From positions 22,919,044 through 22,982,709 of the forward strand of contig NC_069002.1 in NCBI RefSeq assembly GCF_001194135.2: a DNA stretch of 63,666 bases, in the 5' to 3' direction. The stretch comes from Octopus bimaculoides (taxonomy: Eukaryota). The notes beneath the pieces are model-generated. The model saw only the letters and a program-made list of their open reading frames with translations, made no database searches and was not told where the DNA came from. The position numbers were made by a program, and so were the translations under genes. This document shows, in pieces, positions 1-11,656 of the stretch. Position 1 is the stretch's first letter; each line of letters opens with the position of its first letter.

Positions 1-89
1 ATAGTTTTAGGGAAAAGAACCAAGGTTCATGGACTCATCGATGAAAATCCATTGATATATATATATATATATATGTATATCTATCTATC

Positions 90-121
<32 letters not shown>

Positions 122-149
122 TGTATGTATGTATGTCTTATTATTATTC

Positions 150-292
150 AGTAAGCTGGCAGAATCATTAGCATGCTGGGTAGTTCATTTGTCTTTATGT
201 TCCGAGTTCAAATTCCCTTGAGGTTGACTTTACCTTTTATTCTTTGGGGGTGGGGTGGGGGGTGGTGTGTGTGTGTGTGTGTGATAAAATAA
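150..292 (+). mobile_element. SINE family A copy, interrupted by a G/(GT)n tract
   Basis: GCTGGCAGAATCATTAGC (A-box-like), GAGTTCAAATTCC (B box), GTTGACTTTACC..CTTTGGGG core, resuming at GATAAAATAA after the tract; similar to about 20 other copies in the window. Confidence 0.8.
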
Positions 293-298
293 ATATGC

Positions 299-450
299 TT
301 CTTTCAGTTTCCAGCTACGAAATTCGCTTGTAATAGTTCAGTTGGCCCAGGTCTAAAATAGAAGGCATTTTCCTAAGGTGCCATGCAGTGGGACTGAACC
401 TGAAATCATGTGACTGGGGAAGCAAAGTTATTAACCCCAAAACCATGCCT
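299..450 (-). mobile_element. SINE family B tRNA-like head
   Basis: Reverse complement matches the head at 12589-12748 (GGTTCAGTCCCACTGCATGGCACCTTAGG...GAAACTGAAAGAAG). Confidence 0.75.
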
Positions 451-489
451 ACATACATACATACATATACGCACACATATATATATTGT

Positions 490-807
490 CATCATCATCA
501 TCATCATCATTGTTTAACGTCTGTTTTCTATGCTGGTATGGGTTGAACGGTTTGACTGAGGTCTGGAGAACCAGTAGCTGCACCAGGCTCCAATCTAATC
601 TGGCAATGTTTCTATAGCTGGATGCCCCTCCTAATGCCAACTGCTCCTAGAGTGCAGTGGGTGCTTTCTACATGCTTCCAGCACAAGAGCCAGCCAGGCA
701 GGCCTGGCATCGATCATGTTCGGATAGTGCTTTTTACATGCCACCGGCACAGGAGCCAGTCAGGGGGCACTGGCATCGACCACGTTTGGATGGCACTTTT
801 TAAATGT

Positions 808-810
<3 letters not shown>
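490..810 (-). mobile_element. SINE family C 3' part with (GAT)n tail and about 66-bp internal tandem units
   Basis: Shares GGCATCCAGCTATAGAAAC...CATAGAAAACAGACGTTAAAC-(GAT)n with copies at 15843, 54846, 60256 and 61552; about 2.3 internal tandem units at 660-810. Confidence 0.8.
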
Positions 811-845
<35 letters not shown>

Positions 846-1702
846 GCAGAATGTAGCAGTAAAACAGGATACAATTTAACACAATATTAATTTAATATAG
901 TATTCATATTGAGAATATATAACACTTTAGATATCACACACTTCCCCATACTAAATGAAGAATATCCACTACAGGCACCCCCCACCCATTGTATGCATTT
1001 CACACCATACATATTGCATAATAAACATATCATCGTTTATAAATCAGATCAATAACAATATCATATTATTATTGATATCAAAAATATTACACTCTTGCTA
1101 TTATTATATTATTTATTTCACAACTATGGAAATTATTGATATCAATAGTCCAAATGTCACACTATTTATATCTGACAATAGACCTTCTTCATAATGTCAT
1201 CTCTATAATGTTATTATTCAAAATGTGTTACTGATATCATGCTATCCAAAATGTCATATTGTTAGTCTAAATATCACTTTATTCACAGATTCTTTGTATC
1301 ACATTGTTATCCCCGTGAGAAATGTTGAGTGATGGAAAATGGTGGAGGAAATTGTCATTTGTTTTTGTGTTTTGTTTTTCCTTTTCTTGTCATACAAAAT
1401 TTCTATGTATGTGTATATTGGTGAAAGTGTGTATTTATAGGTCTGTGTAAAAATGTACATATCTGAATGTGTTTGTGCGAGCATGTGTGTGTGTATGTGT
1501 GTGAGTGTATTGTATCGTCTCCATTGGAATTGCTCCATTAGATGTGGATTGCTTTCAGTTGTAGCACTCAATACATAATATATGTGGAGTGTTTTTGGGT
1601 ATTTCATATTACACACTCACACATGCATGCACATGCACATACACACACATGTACACACACACACACACACACACACACACGTATATATATATGTACAACA
1701 GT

Positions 1703-1826
1703 CTTCATTTCATTTCCATTTACCAAATCTGGTCATAAAGTTTCTGTTGACCTGAGGTTGTAGTAGAAGACACTTGTCCAAGATTGCATGGAGTGGGACT
1801 GAACCCATAATCAGCCAGGTGGGAAG
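1703..1826 (-). mobile_element. SINE family B head, diverged
   Basis: Similar to 299-450 and 12589-12748. Confidence 0.65.
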
Positions 1827-1867
1827 TGTGTGTGTGTATGTGTGTACATGTATGTATATATATATTA

Positions 1868-2300
1868 TCGTTCATAATAATTTTTCTATCGTCTTGGCTT
1901 AACAGCCCTCACCGTTTGTTTTTACTGTCTTGTTCTCACTAACACTTTCACCCTCCGCAAAAAATTCCAAATTTTATTTAATTTTCTTTGGGGGAAGGAC
2001 TGTTCCAATGAAGTCGCATATTGTCCTTGCCTTCGAAACGTGGAGTAGATGGAACAGGGACAACTGACGAAGGGGTATACTCTTTATGTTGCATGTCTCA
2101 TTTCTCTGTTTTTCGTTGTTTGAAAAAAGTTCGTTTTCTGTTTTCATCATTATGTTTTTGTTTCTCATTGTGTTTAACATTTTTTTTTATGTCCTGTACC
2201 CATATATGCATGTATGTATACATATAGATGTAGGTATGTACATATATGTATGGTTATATGCATATGTTTATATATTATTTATATTATTATATATATATAT
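1868..2300 (+). mobile_element. Unclassified T-rich repeat-like segment hosting the rearranged hammerhead candidate (Penelope-like terminal region?)
   Basis: CpG-retaining, T-rich segment bounded by (TA)n tracts and carrying hammerhead core motifs; class is inference only. Confidence 0.35.
2014..2075 (+). ncRNA. Candidate non-circularly permuted hammerhead ribozyme
   Basis: Core CTGACGA 2064-2070, GAAA 2035-2038, UH=TA 2019-2020. Stem I 2021-2029/2055-2063 (8 WC + 1 GU). Stem II 2030-2034/2071-2075 (about 4 bp with GU). Stem III 2014-2019/2038-2043 with one C-A mismatch explicable by CpG decay. Confidence 0.55.
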
Positions 2301-2377
2301 ATANNNNNNNNNNNNNNNNNNNNNNNNNNNNNNNNNNNNNNNNNNNNNNNNNNNNNNNNNNNNNNNNNNNNNNNNNN

Positions 2378-2410
<33 letters not shown>

Positions 2411-2412
<2 letters not shown>

Positions 2413-2712
2413 AGGCACAATGGCCCAGTGGTTAGGGCAGTGGACTTGTGGTTGGAGGATCACGGTTTCGATTCCCAGACCGGGCATTGTGAGTGTTTAT
2501 TGAGTGAAAACACCTAAAGCTCCATGAGGATCCAGCAGGGGGTGGTGGCGACTCCTGTTGTACTCTTTCGCCCCAACTTTCTCTCACTCTTTCTTCCTGT
2601 TTCTTGAGTAACGCTGCTATGGACTGGCGTCCCGTCCAGCTGGGGGGTACACATACACCATAGAAGCCGGGAAACCGGGCCCATGAACCTGGCTAGGCTT
2701 TGAAAGGGTGAT
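2411..2712 (+). mobile_element. tRNA-derived SINE family E with V-domain-like segment
   Basis: A box TGGCCCAGTGG 2421-2431, B box GGTTTCGATTCCC 2464-2476; ATGGACTGGCGTCCCGTCCAG resembles the V-SINE central motif as I recall it; head shared with 52170-52356. Confidence 0.8.
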
Positions 2713-2871
2713 GTTTATTGTATNNNNNNNNNNNNNNNNNNNNNNNNNNNNNNNNNNNNNNNNNNNNNNNNNNNNNNNNNNNNNNNNNNNNNNNNNNNNN
2801 NNNNNNNNNNNNNNNNNNNNNNNNNNNNNNNNNNNNNNNNNNNNNNNNNNNNNNNNNNNNNNNNNNNNNNN

Positions 2872-2903
<32 letters not shown>

Positions 2904-2908
<5 letters not shown>

Positions 2909-3255
2909 GTTTAAGAGGACAACAAACATTAAGGCAAGGCAGACATCTCAAGTCATATACATTATTATTACTGGAACAAATTTTTCCAATAATAATGTAT
3001 ATGACTTGATATGTTTGCCTTGCTTTAATGTTTGTTGTCCTCTTTAACAATTACATATCGTCATCTTATTAATATATACCATTCTCATTTTCCCTATTTT
3101 TTTCCATTTGTCTCTGATGATGGAATATCCCATACTCGGGGATATCCAAGAAACAGCTGTAAGATTTTGAATTTCTTCCTATAATAATATTGTATACTTG
3201 ACTTGAGATGTTTGCCTTTCCTTAATGTTTGCTGTCCTGTTTAACAATTATATAT
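2904..3255 (+). mobile_element. Penelope-like/retrozyme-like terminal repeat: inverted copy plus partial tandem (197-bp period) containing a hammerhead
   Basis: Inverted arms 2905-2976/2984-3052 (65/69 matches plus a 3-nt bulge); right arm repeated directly at about 3181-3255; hammerhead lies between the two direct copies. Confidence 0.7.
3110..3165 (+). ncRNA. Type I hammerhead ribozyme with palindromic stem III
   Basis: GTCT-CTGATGA-TGGAATATCCC(ATACTCG)GGGATATCCA-A-GAAA-CAGCTG-TA-AGAT: 10-bp stem II with a bulge, palindrome ACAGCTGT, GUA site after 3161, stem I of 3 WC + 1 GU. Confidence 0.75.
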
Positions 3256-3477
3256 CCGCTGCATCAGACGTCTGCAATGGCTCCATAACTACCGTCTCAG
3301 CTATAACCTTGCAGCCCCAGTAATCCGTTACAGTACTTNNNNNNNNNNNNNNNNNNNNNNNNNNNNNNNNNNNNNNNNNNNNNNNNNNNNNNNNNNNNNN
3401 NNNNNNNNNNNNNNNNNNNNNNNNNNNNNNNNNNNNNNTATATACACACACACACACACACACACATACATATGTGC

Positions 3478-3659
3478 CTAACTTGAATTCCTCTGTTATG
3501 GCCTGGAAGGGATTGAGGACTGAGCCTTGATGAACACCTACCTGTAAACCAAATTCTGCACTGTACTTGTGGTTAATCCTCACCTTACTGACAGCATCTC
3601 TGTACATGGTCTTTACAGCCTTCACAAGTCACTTGTCTATCCCTAGCCTCCTTGGCACC
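3478..3659 (-). mobile_element. RTE-clade LINE reverse transcriptase fragment
   Basis: Translates to VKAVKTMYRDAVSKVRINHKYSAEFGLQVGVHQGSVLNP, containing the RT motif GVxQGSVLSP typical of RTE elements. Confidence 0.8.
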
Positions 3660-4162
3660 CACCATATACACACACATATACACACACACATATATATATA
3701 TATATATGTGTATACAAATACCTAGATGCACATATATACATACACGCATGTATACATGTGCATTTATACATGTACACATGTATATAGATAGCTATGTAGT
3801 CAAACATATATAAATATGTCTATGTCATATATTATACAGACAAAGAATTCAACGAACATATAATCGTGCTAACATGTCAATAGCTAAAGACTAGAATTCT
3901 TTAATGTACTTAATGGTAAATAATGCCAAATATTTTCCCTGTTTTTGAAACATGATAGCATCTGTGTTTTTTAATTCTTTGAATTTTGATTTTTGCACAA
4001 GAAGTAAGTGGCAAAAAGTAGTCACAAAAAGTATCTTTGGAACCAGATCTAAATTAGATGAAAGAATTTTTTTTTCTGGAATAAAACCTGGAAAGCAATG
4101 AAAGCAGAAATTGAATATTACAAATTTCAAAGCAAAGAATAACTGAATGAAAGACAAAGAGA

Positions 4163-4195
<33 letters not shown>

Positions 4196-5036
4196 NNNNN
4201 NNNNNNNNNNNNNNNNNNNNNNNNNNNNNNNNNNNNNNNNNNNNNNNNNNNNNNNNNNNNNNNNNNNNNNNNNNNNNNNNNNNNNNNNNNNNNNNNNNNN
4301 NNNNNNNNNNNNNNNNNNNNNNNNNNNNNNNNNNNNNNNNNNNNNNNNNNNNNNNNNNNNNNNNNNNNNNNNNNNNNNNNNNNNNNNNNNNNNNNNNNNN
4401 NNNNNNNNNNNNNNNNNNNNNNNNNNNNNNNNNNNNNNNNNNNNNNNNNNNNNNNNNNNNNNNNNNNNNNNNNNNNNNNNNNNNNNNNNNNNNNNNNNNN
4501 NNNNNNNNNNNNNNNNNNNNNNNNNNNNNNNNNNNNNNNNNNNNNNNNNNNNNNNNNNNNNNNNNNNNNNNNNNNNNNNNNNNNNNNNNNNNNNNNNNNN
4601 NNNNNNNNNNNNNNNNNNNNNNNNNNNNNNNNNNNNNNNNNNNNNNNNNNNNNNNNNNNNNNNNNNNNNNNNNNNNNNNNNNNNNNNNNNNNNNNNNNNN
4701 NNNNNNNNNNNNNNNNNNNNNNNNNNNNNNNNNNNNNNNNNNNNNNNNNNNNNNNNNNNNNNNNNNNNNNNNNNNNNNNNNNNNNNNNNNNNNNNNNNNN
4801 NNNNNNNNNNNNNNNNNNNNNNNNNNNNNNNNNNNNNNNNNNNNNNNNNNNNNNNNNNNNNNNNNNNNNNNNNNNNNNNNNNNNNNNNNNNNNNNNNNNN
4901 NNNNNNNNNNNNNNNNNNNNNNNNNNNNNNNNNNNNNNNNNNNNNNNNNNNNNNNNNNNNNNNNNNNNNNNNNNNNNNNNNNNNNNNNNNNNNNNGCATA
5001 CATAAATATATATATATATATTTATATATACATAAA

Positions 5037-5080
<44 letters not shown>

Positions 5081-6854
5081 TATATATATGCACACACACA
5101 TACTTCTATTTTCATGTATTTCTATATATAGCTGTCTGTGTATACACTTATATATATGCAGTATATATATAAAATATTTGTATGTGTGCATATAAATGTA
5201 TGTGTGTATACATATGTGTGTGTGTGTGTGTGAATGTTTATTTGTCTGTCTATATCTGTGTATTTTGTAAATTAAAAAGTAACCCTAATGTGTACTTTAG
5301 TGGAAGAAAAATGTGGGTGTATAGAAATGAGTGTGTATATTTATTTGGGAGAGAAAAGATTTATTAAAAGTAAACACAGAAAAAGATGCCGTTTAATGCT
5401 TTGAAGCCAAATTTGCTAATATCTTCATTTTACCTGAATCCCCAAGTGGTAACATCTCTACTCTAAATGAACAGCAAAAGCAAACCAATAAATCTGTATA
5501 AACATAAATGCTATGAATTATGGGTAATTTTTTCTCCTCCCTCCCCATCCTTACATTCATCCATCATAACTGATGCAGTATATGCACACACACATACATA
5601 CACACACACACATATGCACACACACACATGTGTATGTATATGCATATATATGTGTATGTATATATATTTATATGCACATATGCGTATATATGTATGTATG
5701 TATGTATGTATCTATCTATCTATCTATCTATCTATATATGTATCTCTGTTTATATATGTATAATTATATGTCCTTGTGTATGTATATATATGTGGCTATG
5801 TATGTATATACATAAGTACATATATATGAGTTTATATATGTATATATATTTGAGTTTATATATGTATATACATATGTGTCTATATATATGTATGTATGTA
5901 TATATGTATATATATATGTTTATATGTACGTGTGTATGAGTGTGTGTGTGTACAAGTCTATACATGTATATATATATAAACACATACATATATATATAAG
6001 ATAGAATTCCTTTATTGATCAATTTGTCTATAATTTCGATATTCACATCAATTTGTTTACCCCCTGCAGACTTTGGTGAGTAAAAAAGAAGAATATAATA
6101 AAATTTAAGAAGAAAGTGATTTTATAGCTTAATCTTCTTACATCTGTAAATAAATATGAAAAAAAAAAAAGAATTAAAATTGTCTCTGGAAATCTTTCAT
6201 AAAACCATAACAATCTTCATGAAACCTTGTCTTAGTGATTCTCTGTTTCTTTTGCCCATAATTTGTCATTTGTGATATTCTGACAAGAAGGCATTTTGTA
6301 AATTTTGCTTAAATTTCTGAGAAGGGAAATAATTGTTATTTTGCCCTGGTATATTTAGTCTAGTTTCCTTGTCTTGGTTATTACAGTCACTGCCTTCAGC
6401 TTATTGTACCCTCTGGCTTTCCTTGGGAATTATGTCATAAACTCATATGTTATATATAGATACAACATATATTGATATATTTTTTATATTATAAATATTA
6501 TACTCTGATATATTCAAAGTAGCGTCCTCATCTTGATTGTTTTAGTCACAATATTTCAGCCATTGCACTTTCTACCCTTCATCAGTAATTATCCTCGTTA
6601 CTGACTGATATATTGCAACCAGTGTCATTATTTTGGTTGTTATAATCATGTTGTTTTAACCCCCTTTTTTCTAGGCAACTGTTGTTTTTGGTTACAGATT
6701 CTGGAAGTGTGACCAATAAGAACAACAAGAGAATACAAAAACAATGGTAAAAATGTTACGAGCATAACACCCTGATTGAGAGCAAAAGTTCAAATGCATC
6801 AGTGTGATATAAGGCATTTTGCTTTTCTGGCTACCATTGTTGTGGTTATTACAA

Positions 6855-6872
6855 TTATTATTGTTATTATTA

Positions 6873-6957
<85 letters not shown>

Positions 6958-6980
6958 CATTATTATTATTATTATTATTT
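6855..6980. repeat. (ATT)n microsatellite
   Basis: About 40 near-perfect ATT units; source of the poly-Ile ORFs in the track. Confidence 0.98.
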
Positions 6981-7106
6981 TATGTTTGACTTTTGTTTTG
7001 CATTTGTACAAGTTGGATCCAAGTCTCACCCAGAGACCTCAAGAGACAACAAGTTAGAAGTTCATGTAGGTGTTATGCCTAGGGTACCATATATTTGGAT
7101 ACCATA

Positions 7107-7151
<45 letters not shown>

Positions 7152-8329
7152 CATCACTACTAATACTGATACTACTACTAGTTACAGCTCTTTGGTGTAT
7201 TTCATTGTGTTTGTGTTTGTTTGTGTCCATACGAAATTTATTTCTTCCATATACCACTTATGACGGATAACATGAAGGATAATTCTTCATTTGTCCTGAT
7301 ATACTAATATCTGCAGGAATTAGAAACCTATAACTGCTATTATTTATACTTTAATTGTAATAATGGGAATATTTCAGAGCACCATTATAAAATGCAAGAC
7401 AATATGAAACCAGTGGTATGAGACTAATAATTTAGCTCTCTGCATATGTATATATTGGTTTGTATATTTATAGCTTGTTTCCGACTATTTTATCTTTTTG
7501 TATTTTATTACATCCTCATTATTATCATTATTATCATACTATTATTATTATTATTAGCACCATAATGTCACTGAAGATTGGATCTTTGGATTTGCTCCTG
7601 ATAAATGAACTCTTTTATCTCCAGTTGTTCCCTTAATGAAACTGGGATTAACTGGATAGAAAAAGAAAAAAAATATAACAAACATTTTTTTTATCAAAAT
7701 ATGAAAAAGTTAAATTTGAAGGATGAAGATTTTTCAGTTGAGGTGGGTGGGAGGAGAGTAAGAACATCTGAAACAAAATAAAACAAACCAAGAAAAAATA
7801 CAAAAAAAAACCCCAAGGGAAAAGACCAATCATTTTAGTGATGGCTTCAACTCACATTCACTCTCTCATGCAGAGCTGAGTGTTGGGTCACATGACTGTA
7901 CGAGTGTAATGACATTTTTATACACTGGCAACACCTACAGGCTGCCCCTCCTCACTGATCATTTGATCAACTACCTCCATCATAGCTGACCATGTCTACT
8001 AAACAAAAAGCGGCAACAACAACAACAACAACAATTATAACAAGAAAATGAACATTTATCGAAGTATAAACTTTGTGTGAAATTCTACAGAATTGGTTAG
8101 AACTGTTATTGGATCTGGACTATTTTTGGTTGTTTTAATAATTTCTCTGTGAGTGGAGTTTCATGGTAGAAAAAACAAAACAAAACAAAACAAAAAAAAA
8201 ACAACAACGAAACAACAACAAAAATCCCAACAATTCTTCTTCTTCTCTCATATTTGTTTATGGTTAGCAATTACAATATTAATTATAATATTAATTAAAT
8301 ATTTTCAAACCTGATATTTCATTAGTTTT

Positions 8330-8460
8330 CATGATTGATTATACATTTGCCATCAGTCATTAACAAACAGTCATATATAGTCATGTTGATTGGTGTGTTT
8401 GGTTATTTACCACCTGAATGACCAGCAGTCCTTACTTATATGGTCATTAACATTGTGCTG
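8330..8460 (-). mobile_element. Possible highly decayed LINE APE endonuclease fragment
   Basis: HISKDCWS..TKHTNQHDYI loosely resembles the HxxTWxSPDGxTxNQIDYI motif; several stops. Confidence 0.3.
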
Positions 8461-9123
8461 TGTCCATCTCATGGCCCAGACCATCCAACATGACATAGGG
8501 ATAAAGTCCACTGGAATTAGCAGCAATAATATGGTCAAATTGGTCAGAATCAGTTCCATAGAAAAGTTTCGTAGTGAGTTAAATTTTTGCTATAGAACTG
8601 CTGTACCAAGAACTACTTCACAGATGGAAAGGAAATCTTCATTGGTGCCTTTTAAGACTCAGTAGGTTTATGGAACTCATTGTGGTCAATAAACAACAGC
8701 AAGGATTTTTATTTTCACATTCGACCACTGTTGTGGCACCCTTGTCTGTTTTTAAGGAGTCCAAGTTTAAAAGAAGGAAATTTTCCCTGATCTAAATGTT
8801 TATGATAGGATGGATTTGTTTTCCCCTTTGATATCCTATTTCTTTTGAAATACACAGAATTTGTTTTAGTTACAAGATCTCAAAGACTGGACTTAATTTT
8901 AAGCTCTTCATTATCATTAAACAGATGAGAGACAAAAGTATCCTAACTTTCAGATTAGAAGAATGGTGTAGCTATCACAGGTAACTTTAACACAACAACC
9001 TGCTACACATTCATTACACATAGATTGGTAAGCGGTAATAATGTAGAATTATGGAGAAGACAACAATGATGACAATATCTGCAATAGATTTGAAATTCAC
9101 AACACCTTCAGCCAGAAGTTGGC

Positions 9124-9173
<50 letters not shown>

Positions 9174-9669
9174 ATATCTATAGGTTTAATTTTGTAAAAA
9201 TCATCAAGTATGTGGAACATTCCTCAGACATAAATTAGACAAAGTGATATGAATGAAAAAAAACAAACTTTAAAAATTAATATATATACATATACAGACT
9301 CAGAGAAAAAAAAAACCCAATATAACACTAAAATCCTGCCTCCATCCCTCTAAACAATATAAAGAAAACTATTTAAAAAAAGCAACATTTCTCTTTGTCT
9401 TCTCTCAATAATTACTGGTATTATTGAGACATCATGCCATCATTTAGCAGGAAAAGTAGAATTTGAGATGTGATGATTTTGCATTTCTCATGTATATATA
9501 GCTGTATATGCGTATGTGTATGCTTACTTATAATTGTCCATTGAATCCATTAATAAAGATCTTCATTTATGGATTCTTTGATCATTTTAGATCCTAATCC
9601 TTGTCAAACTGCTCCTATCTCTGACAGGACATATGTATATATTTAATTAACAAAGCCAGTTATTACTCT

Positions 9670-10585
9670 TCATGCCTGTCTCACTTCTCTCTCTTTGTAC
9701 CATTCAGTGTGTTTCGTCTGTCCTGTCCAACAATGAGACTTCCAACATGAATAGGAAATAGCAATGTGTTCTGTTTTTGAAGGCTTGATATTGCTCCTCT
9801 GTAAAATGGTCTTCAGCTGGTACTTGAACTTGCTCTTTTGAGCTTCCAACCAAATATTGGCCATGCTGCAGCAGCTCATAGGCTATCTTGCTAGAAGAAC
9901 ATACATCAAACATTCACAATATATGTCAGCTATCTCGTATCACTTCATCCAATAATACTGCTGTTGGTTCAACAGAGGACAGGTGTGTGTGTGTGTGCTT
10001 GCATGCATAATGATACCTTTTCAGGTGATTTAAAGAATATCATGGAAACATTTCGATGTTAGTCCTCAAGGATCATAATGTGTTGGCTCAGTATGCTCCA
10101 TGTTACCACTCCTCCAAAGTTGAGGAATTTGGTCTCAGTTTCATGTTTTTCTGACATAACAATGGGGGTGGAGTTACTCTTGTGCTTCTCTGACATAGCA
10201 GTGTGGGGTGGGAGTACACACGTGCCAAGATAATCACCTTCAATCAAGATCTCTAAAGAAATGTCATCAGGTCTAAGAGTTTTTCTTTTCAAACATTGTC
10301 ATGGCAGTGCTAACTTCAGCCAAGGCTGGTAGATCATCAAGATGGTAGATGATGGACATTTTCTTACAAAATTCCTTCATGACTGCTAGATATCCTGGTT
10401 TAGGAATTGGTTAAATGTTCTCAGTGTTTTGCTATTGTTGACTAATCTTTCAGTATTGGCCACCTGATGATGGGAATGGTGCTATGAAACAAGTTCCAGG
10501 GCTGTAGAGTGTCTTTATAGCATCATAGGAATTGTGCGTATCATGCATGTCTGGATTTCTTGTGCTTTTTGCAATTCAACCTCTA
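9670..10585 (-). mobile_element. Decayed RTE (BovB-like) LINE remnant with a large internal deletion
   Basis: Collinear fragments: KAQEIQT..YDAIKTLYSPG..HLDDLPALAEVSTAMT, then MKRKTLRPDDISLEIL (KAPGPDGIPxEI-like), then C-terminal IAYELLQHG..KFKYQLKTILQRSNIKPS; frameshifted. Confidence 0.6.
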
Positions 10586-10622
10586 TGATATAACCTCATG
10601 TATACGAACATATTTATAAGTT

Positions 10623-10654
<32 letters not shown>

Positions 10655-10664
10655 TATATATATA

Positions 10665-10830
10665 ATTGTTTTTCTGGAGTAGTGGATCTTGAAGCACATA
10701 AAGCTATTGATTACATTTAAATATTGACTTGAAAAATCCTTTTGGATAGAAGAAGCTGAAGGCTGCCCATGGGACTCAAACTCACATTTCTTGTTGACAT
10801 AATTATTTTACCATTGGACCAAACCAATCC
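10665..10830 (-). mobile_element. tRNA-like SINE family F
   Basis: Minus strand shows TGGTCCAATGGTAA (A-box-like) and GAGTTTGAGTCCC (B-box-like) at tRNA-like spacing; flanked by (TA)n. Confidence 0.45.
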
Positions 10831-10843
10831 TTCATAAGCAATC

Positions 10844-10902
<59 letters not shown>

Positions 10903-11009
10903 AAAATCACTGACATGGCCGATGACAGTACCGCCTGTAGTAGTAGTTGTAGTAACAGATTTAGTAGTAGTTGTAGTCATAGTAATAATATCTATTTTTA
11001 GGTGAATAA

Positions 11010-11270
11010 GATCTATCATGAGGCTAGAGTTTATCCTGGTTTTTATGGCATAAAGGTGATTGAAGGTACAACCCACTCCTTCTGAATGGGACACCAGTCA
11101 TTCACAGAGTTAACTCACCAGCTGTTGTTTGTACATGTTTCCAGGTAAGTGAAATGGAGCAACATGAACTGAAATGTATTACCCAAGAATACAACATGCC
11201 AGCTAGTCTGAGAAATGAAACTATGACCCTATGATTGTGAACCCAACATCTCTTACCTCTGTGTACCTTC
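11010..11270 (-). mobile_element. SINE with tRNA head, CORE-like and V-like modules
   Basis: CTTGGGTAATACATTTCAGTTCATGTTGCTCCATTTCACTTACCTG (shared with 52540-52600), followed by ATGACTGGTGTCCCATTCAG (shared with 2619-2640). Confidence 0.55.
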
Positions 11271-11294
11271 AGTAGTAAATACTGCTGATAGTAA

Positions 11295-11511
11295 TTCTTT
11301 CTACTAAAGGCATAAAGCATGAGATTTTAATTGAGGGGTAAGTTGATTACATTGACCCCAGTACTCAACTGGTACTTATTTTATCAACCTCCAAAAAATT
11401 AAAAGCAAAGTTGACCTTGGTTTTATTTGAACTCAAAACATAAAGTTGGAAGAAATGCTTCTAAGCATAATAGGCAAAATGCTTAGAAGCATTTCTTCCA
11501 ACTTCACTGCC

Positions 11512-11512
<1 letters not shown>
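11295..11512 (-). mobile_element. SINE family A with an internal perfect 26-bp inverted repeat
   Basis: Family A tail, core and B box; palindrome at 11443-11504. Confidence 0.8.
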
Positions 11513-11545
<33 letters not shown>

Positions 11546-11546
<1 letters not shown>

Positions 11547-11656
11547 TTCTACTGGAACTACAAGGCCTCAAATTTGGGGGAAGGGATTAAGTCAATTGCA
11601 TTGACCTCAGTACGTAACTGGTACTTATTTTATCAACCCCGAAAGGATGAAAGACA
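11546..11656 (-). mobile_element. SINE family A, 5'-truncated
   Basis: CTTTCATCCTTTCGGGGTTGATAAAATAAGTACCAGTT core, flanked by (AAT)n. Confidence 0.8.

Noticed and set aside
2411-2480. tRNA-like A/B boxes here and in other SINE heads
   Set aside because: No complete cloverleaf, and each continues into SINE body; these are not tRNA genes.
3891-5191. Long ORFs of 340-408 aa here and at 45307-46553, 53885-54491, 57343-58093 and 62166-62818
   Set aside because: They are open only because they run through N gaps.
6545-6590. Minus-strand CTGATGA...GAAA motif
   Set aside because: Stem II has only 2 bp, and there is no valid UH site with a matching stem I. Possibly a very old fossil but unsupportable.
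10461-10500. CTGATGA-TGG..CTAT-GAAAC hammerhead-like string
   Set aside because: No stem I, and it lies antisense within RTE coding remnants.
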